Shown piece by piece: positions 18,732 through 28,978 of a stretch of 58,761 nt of DNA. A program made the position numbers and the translations under genes. The stretch is from a virus (Duplodnaviria; Caudoviricetes): IMG/VR virus record IMGVR_UViG_3300049193_000020, positions 1 to 58,761 of that record, one strand, 5' to 3'. Within the stretch, counting starts at the first letter, position 1. Each line of letters opens with the position of its first letter. A model generated the notes under the pieces. That model ran no database searches and had not been told where the DNA came from. It saw only the letters and a program-made list of their open reading frames with translations.

Positions 18732-19508
18732 ATGATTAGTCCTGATAACCAGACACTTAATGATATTAAAAAACGTGCTGCCGAGTATGATAGATTAGAT
18801 GCGTATTTTGAGGAAACAAAAAACGAATCTATAAAGTGGAATACAGAATATCTTAAATTAATTCAGTCTTATGACAGTCGTTATCTTAAATCAGACATTG
18901 CAACCGCCATGGGGGCTGAGCCAGCATGGAATCTCCATAGAGTAATGCGTATGATGGATGGTGTATATTTTGCCTATACAATCAATATTAATGGAGATAA
19001 GAAAAAGGTTAGATTGCTTACGGTTAAAGAATTTGAATCATTACAATTAGAAACTATGGAGCTAATGGAAAAGCGTCCGTTGTTAAAAGCTATAAATGGT
19101 ATGTATGATATTATGTTACAGCGCAAAGTATTGAGTCTTGCAACCAGTGTATATATACCACGTCAAGATTTAAAAGGGTATGATAATCCTGCATATCGTG
19201 GAATGACTGAAAACGATATAGCCGAGTTACCGCAGGCGCAGTTTGATCGCATGTGGCAAGCTTATTCAATAATTGAGAATACTTATAACTGCTCGCCAGA
19301 TGAAACGTCTGCTGAGGATTTAGAGCGGTTTATTGCTGTAGCTACTGATGAAAAAAAAACTTCAGAGGAAGAAGTGGATCGTTTGTTGACTGGATTAGAT
19401 TTATTTCAATCACAGAAAGTAGCGAAAGGATTTTGGAAGATGATAATCTTACTAAAGGGAAATATACAGTTTGGTACATCATTAGAAGATTCAATAACCG
19501 AAGCTTAG
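18732..19508 (+). CDS. tail assembly chaperone (frameshifted longer form probably ends at 19582)
   Basis: Between tube and tape measure; VRLLTVKE motif; A9 slippery run at 19351-19359. Confidence 0.7.
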   Translation: MISPDNQTLNDIKKRAAEYDRLDAYFEETKNESIKWNTEYLKLIQSYDSRYLKSDIATAMGAEPAWNLHRVMRMMDGVYFAYTININGDKKKVRLLTVKEFESLQLETMELMEKRPLLKAINGMYDIMLQRKVLSLATSVYIPRQDLKGYDNPAYRGMTENDIAELPQAQFDRMWQAYSIIENTYNCSPDETSAEDLERFIAVATDEKKTSEEEVDRLLTGLDLFQSQKVAKGFWKMIILLKGNIQFGTSLEDSITEA

Positions 19509-19583
19509 AGCTTGAGATTAAAGAGGAGCAACAGAAGCAGCAATCTAAAGCCCTACAATCGAAAATCATAAGAAGAAGATAAG

Positions 19584-21602
19584 ATGGTTGATAGCAGCAT
19601 GACAATCAATATAGGTGGAGGTGGCAATTCAGCCTCTACTATGGATAGTAAAGAGATTGTTAATGCTATCAATAAACTAGCAAATAATCAAATCAAAACT
19701 AACTCTTTAATGGAGCGCTTAGTTAATAATATTAAGCAATCCACAGGTGCATCCTCATCTAGTTCAAAAGATATACAAAGACAAATAGATGCAGCATGGA
19801 GATCACATACTAATGGCTCATCAGAAACAACTAAATATCAGCGTCTTAATAGCATGTGGAAAGAAAAGGAAGCTGCTGAACGTAAGTTAGATTCAGAGAT
19901 TGAGGCTAATGCAAAAGAACACGATAAATTACAGTCTGCCCTAGCACGCAAAAGAGCACAAGAGGAAATAGCCACACAGAAAAGAATAACAGCAGAACGC
20001 CTAAAAAATGAAAATGTTATAACCACAGCAAGAAAAAAACATAATGCAGAAGTGTTTCAGCATAATATTAACTATGCAATGGGTATAGGACAACCAAAGA
20101 GTCAAGATTATCAAGGCTTAATATCTCAAATCACAGGAAGTGATAAATCGCCTAATCAGTCATTATTAAGTTTTGCCAACATATCTAAAGTAGCAGGCGC
20201 ATTATCCATAGGTAAAATCCTTACTGATGCAGCCTCAACAGCCGCCTCTCTGTATACTAATTTTGGTCAGGTGGGTACTACAGTAGGGGGAGCTAATCCT
20301 TTTACAAATGGCTATCAATATGGCGGTACTTATGCTAACCTATTAAATTTACAGCAACAGCGTATTAACATAGGTCGAACCCTATCCTACGAAACTAGGG
20401 GTGCTGCATTTGGCAGTCTTATCGGCTCTCGTGCTGGATTAGTAGGAGTTGGTGTAGGCTCAGCAATTGGATATGTTGGTGGCAGAGTAGCAGCAGGCGT
20501 AGTGAATGCGGCTGCAAGCGCACAAACTGAACAACAAGCCTTAGCAAGAAGTATAGCCATCCAAAACAATGTCAATGCTGGTATGTATATGGCAAGTCAT
20601 AGAGGAGGCTATTTACCTGACTATGACACAAGAACAGGCAGCTACTCTAGTGGAGCGACTGATATAGAAAGACCTGCTCAATTAGCCGCTGCCAGAGGTA
20701 TATCCAGATATGGCGGCGTAACATCCAGAATGAACTTAAATAAATATACAGACTTTGCTTTGGCAACGGGCATGAGTCCTGATCAGATACAGGCACTAGC
20801 AGGAAGTCTAACCTTATCTGGTAGGATGGGTGGTAGCAGTAACCTTGATCGGGCAGGTAATATATTTGCAGCTTATAACCTACAGGGCATGGATGCGGTA
20901 AATAGTGCTAACCTAGCTTCTGTTTTGCAGAGCTTAGGCATGCCTAATGCTCAAGAGCAGGCAGCAAGACTACAAACATCAGCACCTAATTGGACATCTG
21001 GGTTTCAATCCTATAATAGTGCAAATCCATTTCAAAGAGGCATACAGAATATTATTCAAAAGAGCTTGACGACTAAACTATTTGGGTTTGGGTTTAGCGA
21101 TTCAGATATAAATAGTAATACTGCCGCTGGTAAAGCTGGATTAAAAATAGTCAATTCAGCTAGAGATAGATTAAATAGGTTTAGAGATTCAGGGGATATA
21201 AGTAAACTAAATCCTACAGACTTAGCATTAAATAGTCTGTTTGCTAATAATAGTAATATTTTAGGTGGTAATATAGAGAATGCTAATACTGGTTTAAGCG
21301 ATTTAAAGAATGTCACTGAGAGCAGTTCTATAATGCCAAGCCAATATCAACAAACAGAAAACGCAGCGGTTAATGCTCAAAATAGGGCGAATGCCGGCGA
21401 TGGTTTTAATATGTCAACAGCTTCATCTAGCTTAAAAGATTTAAGTCAAACAAGTAATATAGCAACTGATAGCTTGAATAGATTAGCCCAGACAGTCGAG
21501 GGTGTAATCCATAGATTATTATCTCTCAATCTAAATAGCAGCAGTAGTGGGATAAGCACATATTCTGGGAGGACTGACTCCGTAATGGGGTCTCGACCCT
21601 AA
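19584..21602 (+). CDS. tape measure protein
   Basis: 672 aa, Ala/Gly/Ser-rich helical protein, GAAFGSLIG..VGSAIG segment, canonical position. Confidence 0.75.
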   Translation: MVDSSMTINIGGGGNSASTMDSKEIVNAINKLANNQIKTNSLMERLVNNIKQSTGASSSSSKDIQRQIDAAWRSHTNGSSETTKYQRLNSMWKEKEAAERKLDSEIEANAKEHDKLQSALARKRAQEEIATQKRITAERLKNENVITTARKKHNAEVFQHNINYAMGIGQPKSQDYQGLISQITGSDKSPNQSLLSFANISKVAGALSIGKILTDAASTAASLYTNFGQVGTTVGGANPFTNGYQYGGTYANLLNLQQQRINIGRTLSYETRGAAFGSLIGSRAGLVGVGVGSAIGYVGGRVAAGVVNAAASAQTEQQALARSIAIQNNVNAGMYMASHRGGYLPDYDTRTGSYSSGATDIERPAQLAAARGISRYGGVTSRMNLNKYTDFALATGMSPDQIQALAGSLTLSGRMGGSSNLDRAGNIFAAYNLQGMDAVNSANLASVLQSLGMPNAQEQAARLQTSAPNWTSGFQSYNSANPFQRGIQNIIQKSLTTKLFGFGFSDSDINSNTAAGKAGLKIVNSARDRLNRFRDSGDISKLNPTDLALNSLFANNSNILGGNIENANTGLSDLKNVTESSSIMPSQYQQTENAAVNAQNRANAGDGFNMSTASSSLKDLSQTSNIATDSLNRLAQTVEGVIHRLLSLNLNSSSSGISTYSGRTDSVMGSRP

Positions 21603-21963
21603 TAATCCAGCACAATGGGATGCATTAATTGATCGCCTAGAACCTTTAGTGGCAAACCGTGAAAGTAGCGGTGGAAAACGGTTATATGGCTATAAAAATG
21701 GTAAAGCTATATCGTTTGGTAGGTATCAAATACGCCCACAAACAGCTAGTAATATTGAGGGATATACAGTAACAGCGGCACAGTTGTTGCATGATAATTT
21801 TAGTAGAAAAGTATTTCATGATATATTATATCAAGATTTACAGTTAGCACATGGCGATATAAAGGGTGCGCTTGCCTGGTATAATGGCGGACATGTTTCA
21901 TATGAAACTTACCGCAAAACAGGACAAAATGAATATGCAGAAAAGGTTTTAGCAGGAATATAA
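21601..21963 (+). CDS. lytic transglycosylase (SLT-like) domain, probably a +1 frameshift extension of the tape measure protein
   Basis: NRESSG (catalytic Glu), FGRYQI, ALAWYNGG motifs; frame open from 21586; annotated GTG 21649 lacks an SD. Confidence 0.75.
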   Translation, partial: NNPAQWDALIDRLEPLVANRESSGGKRLYGYKNGKAISFGRYQIRPQTASNIEGYTVTAAQLLHDNFSRKVFHDILYQDLQLAHGDIKGALAWYNGGHVSYETYRKTGQNEYAEKVLAGI

Positions 21964-21964
21964 T

Positions 21965-23269
21965 ATGGCAGTTAATTTAACTGATTTAGCATTAGCTGAA
22001 TCGGTAGCCAATGATTTAGGAGTTAACACATGGCAGCTATCACAGGGCAGTTATAATGGCACTGTATTTTTTACTTTAAATAGCATTTGGAATAACTTAA
22101 ATCAAAAATATAATCCAGCCGCTGGAGTAGCAACCGCAGTACAGGGTGCTCTGGGCATAGTGCCCGATTCAGATGATTTAGCTAATAATACTAGCCTACC
22201 TTTTGGAACTCATGTAACTTCTACCGGTGTTCGTGATTCTTGCAGTCAGAAATTGTCTATATATAGATTTTTTAATAATGCAAATGGCTATGAATCAGGG
22301 GGATGGAATGGCGAAGTAATGGAAATTGAATGCTTCATTTGGGGAGCATCGTATCAGCAAGCCTTAACTAATATCTTACAAAACTTTAAAAATGATTCAT
22401 ATGTATATCAAACTAATAAAAATGCTTTACATGTATTAGTTCATCCAGTATATGGAACTATCCCGAATGTCTTATTAAGAGATTATAAGGTACTTCATTC
22501 TCCAACCCAATGGCGTTGTGCTAGGGTAGCATTTCTGTTTGAATCTCTATCTCCTGTTTATGCGATTATTAACAAAAACTCCAATATCATTAGTAAGCTA
22601 GACACTATCATTAGTTCTATCTTAACATTGATAACCGATTTAAACCAGGTATGGGGTAGCTATACTGCAATTAATCAGTCATTTACTAGCACCAGTGGCA
22701 CAAGTGGAAATACTAACCAATTGAATCAAAATCTAAAAGCTGCCAGCGAAAGTGTAGTTGATACTACAAATATATGCGTATATCTTACTCAGAAGTTAGT
22801 AAATAATCTAGCCCCAACTGGCTATATCAATACTGTATTAAATAATACTACAGCAACCATTTCTAATACTGTAGGTGGGATATATTTCTTTAGCAGTAAT
22901 CTATCGCCAAATAATGTAAATGCCTTAATGGAGTTCGTCAATGGCATTATTGATATTACTAAAAGCATTATAAATATAACTAATAATATCTTAATTTACG
23001 AAAATATCGCTAATCTAACTTCATTAAATGCTAATATGGCAGAATTATGTAATCAATTATTAAATGCATATTATGGTTCTACTAAAGAATATACAGTGCC
23101 ATTTGATACTAGCTTATTTAATATCTGCATTCAGGAGGGGCTTAATTATACTAATCAAGTAGAAAAAATCATGTTACTCAATCAGGGGGTTTTACAAAGT
23201 GTGGTATATATACCGAAAGATACTAAACTATTACTGCCAGTTAATCAATCTACTTCTGGTGTGCTATGA
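21965..23269 (+). CDS. Mu gpN-like DNA circularisation / tail-tube initiator protein
   Basis: WQLSQGSYNG and LVHPVYG motifs; C-terminal LysM-like YTVP..IMLLN..IPKDTKLLLP. Confidence 0.7.
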   Translation: MAVNLTDLALAESVANDLGVNTWQLSQGSYNGTVFFTLNSIWNNLNQKYNPAAGVATAVQGALGIVPDSDDLANNTSLPFGTHVTSTGVRDSCSQKLSIYRFFNNANGYESGGWNGEVMEIECFIWGASYQQALTNILQNFKNDSYVYQTNKNALHVLVHPVYGTIPNVLLRDYKVLHSPTQWRCARVAFLFESLSPVYAIINKNSNIISKLDTIISSILTLITDLNQVWGSYTAINQSFTSTSGTSGNTNQLNQNLKAASESVVDTTNICVYLTQKLVNNLAPTGYINTVLNNTTATISNTVGGIYFFSSNLSPNNVNALMEFVNGIIDITKSIINITNNILIYENIANLTSLNANMAELCNQLLNAYYGSTKEYTVPFDTSLFNICIQEGLNYTNQVEKIMLLNQGVLQSVVYIPKDTKLLLPVNQSTSGVL

Positions 23270-25020
23270 TAGATAGCAACGTTCTTAATCCAAGCTGGAC
23301 TATAACTATACAGCCACTTATGACTGGTGGCGACGGAAGTGCTAAGGGTAATTACTTATTGCTTACTAATGGCAATTCCCCTGGTAACACCAATGGTACT
23401 ACCAAAATCAATAAAATTATCTTTGATATAAATGGTACGGCTAATACACAAACCATGATTTTACAAAGCGATAATGGAGATGTGTCAGCAAATTATACGC
23501 AAGTTGTATTAGATATGCCGTTAAATATAGATTTTAGTATATTTAATCCGCTATCTACTGCCTCATTAATGTTTAGATTAAAAAATAGCAGTATATCGTA
23601 TAGCGGTGGCTCAGATAATGCACCTAATTTCACTGATCCTATATTAGATATATTTAGGGGTGGTGATATAATGACTATAAGCTTATATAATTCGTTAGCC
23701 CCCAATATTATTCAAACTGTGTTTACAGGTAGAATTGAGCGATCACAAATTATAAGCACCAATCAGGGTACAACCATCCCGATTAGCTTGGGTGGCTATA
23801 GTAATATTTTAGCTCAGAGTATGTTAGTAAATAACAGTGAAGAGCAAAACATACAGGGAACGTTAGCCAATGAAATGTCTCAGCCATTACAGTTAGGTGA
23901 TTTAATTAGTCAATTAGTAGATGAAACCTATTTAGCTACTTTAGGTGTGGGTATAGACTTTTATGGTGGAATTACTAATAGTCAATCAGAGGTTGTATCC
24001 ACTTCTAAAGTATCGGTAGTAAAAGATGCAAATGGTGAAGTTAGCAGCATCTCTGCATCGTCTGGAAGTGCTTTGATATATGATTCATGGTTATTTGTAT
24101 CTACCCCACCAACATCCAATAAAATGCAAACCATATTACAAGCTATATATCCTTATCAGCGCGTGTTTTATGTTGACCTTGTAGGAAGATTAGTAATAAC
24201 TCCATTACAAGCTTATTTTGATTCAGATGAAGCATGGAACTTTGATATAGCAGGATTGGCAACTGATGAAAATGGTAATCTAGATACTACATCGTATGTA
24301 CCTATTATGGGCATGAGCAGATCTAGTAATACAGCAATTATTAGTAATAGAGTATTATGTACATTAGCACAAGCATTGGTACAGTTTAAGCTTGTCAGCG
24401 GCAGTAGCACTAATCAGGCAACTGTACCGCAGAGCATTATTACGCCCCCTAAGGCTTTCTTCCCTCGTGCTTATGAGATGGTCGCTAGTCAGCTTGGTAT
24501 GCAAACAATTATTAATGTACAATCTGTTGATAGTGATAGTATTTGCTATAATGCTGGCTTATTGAATACTATGTTATTTATTAGTCAAGGTAATAGCATT
24601 CCTGGTCTTCAAACACCATACCCCATTGATGGTAATCAAGCATCTTTACAGGTTAAGGGCAGCAATACTGTTTTTGAACCAATAAAATATTGTACTGCTT
24701 CTTATGGCTTGAGATCATTAGCTGAATCACTAAAAGATGATATGCTAATTGAGATTACTATACCAATTAAATATACTTATCTACCATCTAAAAATACCTT
24801 TAGAACTATTCCAATTAATCAGCTTGTAATATTACCACCAACATCTAATAATGTATTTGATGGATTAAGGCAATACTTTTGCTATGGATTTAAAATTCAA
24901 TTAGATAAAGATCAAAATGGCGCTTCATTTCAGTTGTTAACATTACGTCTCTGCAAGCCTTATACTTATACAGGTTTATGGTGTGATAAAATAGAGCTTA
25001 TTGATAGCGCAGATCTATAA
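23266..25020 (+). CDS. baseplate hub protein
   Basis: VFTGRIER and FYVDLVGRLVI motifs; position. Confidence 0.65.
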   Translation: MIDSNVLNPSWTITIQPLMTGGDGSAKGNYLLLTNGNSPGNTNGTTKINKIIFDINGTANTQTMILQSDNGDVSANYTQVVLDMPLNIDFSIFNPLSTASLMFRLKNSSISYSGGSDNAPNFTDPILDIFRGGDIMTISLYNSLAPNIIQTVFTGRIERSQIISTNQGTTIPISLGGYSNILAQSMLVNNSEEQNIQGTLANEMSQPLQLGDLISQLVDETYLATLGVGIDFYGGITNSQSEVVSTSKVSVVKDANGEVSSISASSGSALIYDSWLFVSTPPTSNKMQTILQAIYPYQRVFYVDLVGRLVITPLQAYFDSDEAWNFDIAGLATDENGNLDTTSYVPIMGMSRSSNTAIISNRVLCTLAQALVQFKLVSGSSTNQATVPQSIITPPKAFFPRAYEMVASQLGMQTIINVQSVDSDSICYNAGLLNTMLFISQGNSIPGLQTPYPIDGNQASLQVKGSNTVFEPIKYCTASYGLRSLAESLKDDMLIEITIPIKYTYLPSKNTFRTIPINQLVILPPTSNNVFDGLRQYFCYGFKIQLDKDQNGASFQLLTLRLCKPYTYTGLWCDKIELIDSADL

Positions 25021-25031
25021 GGGAGGGTATA

Positions 25032-25631
25032 ATGCAGTTTCAAGGCACAATTACGGAAGTAATAATTAATCAGAGCGGTTCTAGTGCATTATGTACTGTA
25101 AGTTTTACTGATTGCGCAGGCAAGACTTACACCAACCAGCCGCTATCACTGCCAGCAGGTATATTATGTACCCCTAGTATAGGTCAATCATGCTCTTATT
25201 CAAGCGTGGGTAGCCCATACACGAGCACGGGAGTGCTGGGAATATATAGTACGCAAGAAGTGTGCCCATTGTTATTTCAGGGCACGCCCATAACAAATGC
25301 TGGTAATGAGAGTGCGGTATTTAGTGCTGGAATAGCGCTTAAAATATTTAAAGAGCAAATGCTTGCTACTTTCAATGGTGATGGCGGGGTTAAAGAAACT
25401 GGTATAATTATTGGATATAACGCAGCTAAGGCTTTAATAGATATACTAGGTTTTTTAGTAAATACGTATCCTAATCATACACATTCAAATGGCAACGGCG
25501 GTTCTCCCACTGGGGCAGTAATTGCCCCTGCGCTAACGGATGCCATTACGGATGATCAGAATTTTTTTGGTAGTGATGCTAATACATCACCTACATATAT
25601 TAACAAAGATGGAAAATTAATAGGTTCTTAA
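25032..25631 (+). CDS. baseplate central spike (gpV/Mu gp45-like)
   Basis: N-terminal OB-like region (PAGILCTPSIG); C-terminal NHTH metal-binding tip followed by GGSPTG. Confidence 0.75.
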   Translation: MQFQGTITEVIINQSGSSALCTVSFTDCAGKTYTNQPLSLPAGILCTPSIGQSCSYSSVGSPYTSTGVLGIYSTQEVCPLLFQGTPITNAGNESAVFSAGIALKIFKEQMLATFNGDGGVKETGIIIGYNAAKALIDILGFLVNTYPNHTHSNGNGGSPTGAVIAPALTDAITDDQNFFGSDANTSPTYINKDGKLIGS

Positions 25632-25632
25632 T

Positions 25633-26013
25633 ATGGCAATTTTATCAGCATATATTGATATTAATTCTGGAAACTTAGTAATGAAAAATGGTATTGTACA
25701 AAATATCAATGAAGTAGTCATGGAGGCTTATTCCAGAATCTTCACTCCAAGAGGTACATGGTGGGCAGATACAGCTTTTGGTAGCTTGCTTGAGAATCTA
25801 TTTGCAAAAGGTACTAGCAATGTTACTGCTAATAATGTAATACAGGTTATCCAAGATTGTTTAAACCCCATGCTATCTCAAAAAAGATTAAAGGGAATGC
25901 AGTGTCAGGTAAATGCAATAGTAGGATTCTTTGTGGATTTCACTGTAAATATAGTTGACGTTAACGGTAATTCATATTCTTTACCGCTAAATTATAAAGG
26001 TGGCACAACATAA
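25633..26013 (+). CDS. baseplate protein (Mu gp46/gp25-like)
   Basis: RGTWWAD..FGSLL motif. Confidence 0.75.
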   Translation: MAILSAYIDINSGNLVMKNGIVQNINEVVMEAYSRIFTPRGTWWADTAFGSLLENLFAKGTSNVTANNVIQVIQDCLNPMLSQKRLKGMQCQVNAIVGFFVDFTVNIVDVNGNSYSLPLNYKGGTT

Positions 26014-27473
26014 TGGCAACTCAAACACAAACACAGCTAACTCAATTAGGCTATGATCAATGGAAAAGTGCAGATCCAAACGCACAGCCTGATATAGAGG
26101 GTACAGATAGTTACTTTAAACTAAACTCAACCGCTGCAATGGGTACTATGGTTGCTCAAGATAGCCAATTAGTGGAAAACAATATATTCCCTGTTAGTGC
26201 TACCGTACCCTATATTGATAAACATGCAGCAGAATTAGGCATGACGCCTCGTATGGGGGCATTACCGACTACAGGAACTGTGTACCTCTATGGCACTCCA
26301 AGCGATTCTTTTATCCCAGACGGTGATTACACTATACCAGCGGACACAGTTTTAGAAAGCTCTTTATCTGGAGTAAGTTATATAACTCTAACTGATGTAG
26401 TATTGCTTAATGGGATAGAATATGAGTTTAATTCATCTGGTTATTTAACTGTAGCATCATCTGGAAGCCTAGTAGAAGTGAATATACAGTCAATTAATAC
26501 TGGCACATCTACGGTATCATCTCCATCTAGCCAAATAACTTTTGATTCACAGCTAAGCATTCCTACTTCTACTGACCCATATATTATTACCGATGCTGCT
26601 ATACCTGATACTGGATTAACACCAGGTAGCAATACTGAGAGCGACCAATTATTAGCTATCCGTATTTATGATTGGATACAAAATCCACACGGTGGCGGTA
26701 GTTCAGGAGATTATATCAAGTGGGGATTTTTGGCTTTATCAAGAATTACTGGAATTGAAGTGGTGGATGCCAGTGTGTCTACTTCAGCTATTTTATATCC
26801 TGTAGCATTAGAGGGCAATGCAGATAAAAACTATTTTATTGATGGCGACGTATATAATGACTTTGCTCAAAGCCCAAATAACCGTAGTGTAAATAGTACA
26901 GATATTGCTACAGTACAGACCTATATAAACTCTCAAGTTCCTGTAAATAGCAGCCCATTAGTTATATCAGCAGATACTTATTACGTGATTTATGATGATA
27001 ATGGTGATGACAATCTTAATATGAATCTTGATCAATCAATAGCTATTACCGTATCTTTAGCTTACGGCTTTAATCTCAGCAGTAATGTTACTATTACTAA
27101 TGCAGACGGTACTACACAGCAGCTAACCGCTAAGAATCTTATCTTGCGGGAATTAAGGCGTGGCATAGTAACTACCCCATATGAGGGTAATCCAGTATAT
27201 TATGGAGAAGACTTATTAGGCAATTATATCAAAGTTGATGACCTACAACGAATTATCATGGAGGGTTTAAGCGCTACAGATAATTTCACTGGTAATTATG
27301 CATCATTAATAACAGGTATTACTATAGTGTATACAAAAGGCGTAACAACTAGCGATTATATTGAAGTCCCTGACCTGCAAAATAATAATAAATTAATATT
27401 TGATAGTAAGGGCTACTTAGTCTATGATATAGATGTAGATTCAAACGCTATTACTATCGCACAATATACTTAA
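26013..27473 (+). CDS. baseplate J-like wedge protein
   Basis: IFPVSA..YIDKHA..GMTPR; GSNTESDQLL..RI...GGS..DYIKW motifs. Confidence 0.85.
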   Translation: MATQTQTQLTQLGYDQWKSADPNAQPDIEGTDSYFKLNSTAAMGTMVAQDSQLVENNIFPVSATVPYIDKHAAELGMTPRMGALPTTGTVYLYGTPSDSFIPDGDYTIPADTVLESSLSGVSYITLTDVVLLNGIEYEFNSSGYLTVASSGSLVEVNIQSINTGTSTVSSPSSQITFDSQLSIPTSTDPYIITDAAIPDTGLTPGSNTESDQLLAIRIYDWIQNPHGGGSSGDYIKWGFLALSRITGIEVVDASVSTSAILYPVALEGNADKNYFIDGDVYNDFAQSPNNRSVNSTDIATVQTYINSQVPVNSSPLVISADTYYVIYDDNGDDNLNMNLDQSIAITVSLAYGFNLSSNVTITNADGTTQQLTAKNLILRELRRGIVTTPYEGNPVYYGEDLLGNYIKVDDLQRIIMEGLSATDNFTGNYASLITGITIVYTKGVTTSDYIEVPDLQNNNKLIFDSKGYLVYDIDVDSNAITIAQYT

Positions 27474-27484
27474 TAGAGAAAAAT

Positions 27485-28918
27485 ATGTCTAGCTTACAAT
27501 TTTATTATAAAGATCAACCGTTTTACCTGAAAACAAATAATTATTTTACGGTTGGATATATTAATGCAAACAATCAATTAATAGATATAACAACTAGCAC
27601 TGATTTAGTTATCACTATTAAAGAGGGCACATCTATAGTTAGTCGTAATGCTGGCAATTATAATGTAATTATTTTAAATAGTAACAGTGCTGCTCAATCT
27701 GTATATCTTAAGCTAGTATATACCGACCCTGATGATGATAGCATAACTATACTATATCAATCATTAGCCTTAGTACAGCCATTTTTAAGCATGAACCCGC
27801 AACGGTTGTTAAGAATATACAATCAACTACTACCATCATTCTATACCAGAGAGCCTAAAAGTAATCAAGCAAACGAAAGTAAAGCCATTATGGCACAGCT
27901 ATTTGCTTTATATGACAATAGCAAAATAACCACTAAGGTAGGCACTACAGATGTTCCTAACGCTGTCTTTAAAGACTTAAACACTATTAGAGGCAACATC
28001 TATCCAAGCGGGGGTTCTACAGCTTGGGAGCAGTATTTAAATAATACTAACAATATGTCTAATAGCTTTAATTATGGTTTGCTTTTAAGATTATTGTATC
28101 GTGTGGCTATGAACAATGATAATAACGCTTATTATTATGCTAAGAATATTTCTGAGTATATTTATCAGCGTTTAGGTTATAACTATTACGCTTTAATTAG
28201 CCAGCATATTACTGACTATACAGGCGCATTTATATTAGACAATAATTCTTTAGGTGAATGTTATTTAAGTCCAGTTTCAGATGATGTGAACGCTCTAGCA
28301 TTTAAGGTGTATATCCTATATGCTACAGATCCAGATGAATTACCTGTAAATCCTGATGCGCCTAATTTTACTGATGATTTTAAAGCAGAACTAAATACAT
28401 TTATTGTTAAATTAACTCCATCTCATTTAAAAGTTACCGTAGACTATACCTATACGCTTAATCAAGCAATTAATGAATTTGGATTAACTTATTTATCTTA
28501 TACGTATCTTGGTGATCCAAGACAAGCAAGCACAGTATGCATACAGTATACACCTGACAGATTAACTGAGACATTAGGCTACGGTGGCTCGTTAGGAAAT
28601 ATAGGTTATATTACAAACTTTGAATTAAATATTAATAATGGCGGAGTAGTAATTAATGGCGATGATATAACTGTACAGATTAGTGCTAATGAGGATTATG
28701 AGATAACCACTACACCAATTTACACTATTTCACCTGGTACTGTTATTTTAGATAATATAAATAATTTCATGCAGTTCTATAGTGATGATAAAATTGAGGC
28801 TGCATTTGGTTACTTAGATAATCTAATAGAAACATTAACGTCTGGTTCTGCTGGAACATATACAGGTAGAGCATATCTTGGACGAATAATGAAAAATCTT
28901 ACGATTGAGGTAACTTAA
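27485..28918 (+). CDS. baseplate wedge protein (gpI-like)
   Basis: Follows baseplate J; QLLP and KLTPSHL motifs. Confidence 0.55.
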   Translation: MSSLQFYYKDQPFYLKTNNYFTVGYINANNQLIDITTSTDLVITIKEGTSIVSRNAGNYNVIILNSNSAAQSVYLKLVYTDPDDDSITILYQSLALVQPFLSMNPQRLLRIYNQLLPSFYTREPKSNQANESKAIMAQLFALYDNSKITTKVGTTDVPNAVFKDLNTIRGNIYPSGGSTAWEQYLNNTNNMSNSFNYGLLLRLLYRVAMNNDNNAYYYAKNISEYIYQRLGYNYYALISQHITDYTGAFILDNNSLGECYLSPVSDDVNALAFKVYILYATDPDELPVNPDAPNFTDDFKAELNTFIVKLTPSHLKVTVDYTYTLNQAINEFGLTYLSYTYLGDPRQASTVCIQYTPDRLTETLGYGGSLGNIGYITNFELNINNGGVVINGDDITVQISANEDYEITTTPIYTISPGTVILDNINNFMQFYSDDKIEAAFGYLDNLIETLTSGSAGTYTGRAYLGRIMKNLTIEVT

Positions 28919-28941
28919 TCTACTTTAATACTGCTGAGCTA

Positions 28942-28950
28942 TGTTATAAT
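28942..28950 (+). promoter_or_regulatory. extended -10 promoter for the inserted gene
   Basis: TGTTATAAT inside an imperfect AGCT...AGCT inverted repeat. Confidence 0.45.
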
Positions 28951-28978
28951 ACAGCTTGCCAGAAAAAATGTAATTTTA

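Noticed and set aside
14268-28918. Extracellular contractile injection system or tailocin
   Set aside because: Terminase, portal, protease and capsid genes are present, so this is a DNA-packaging phage
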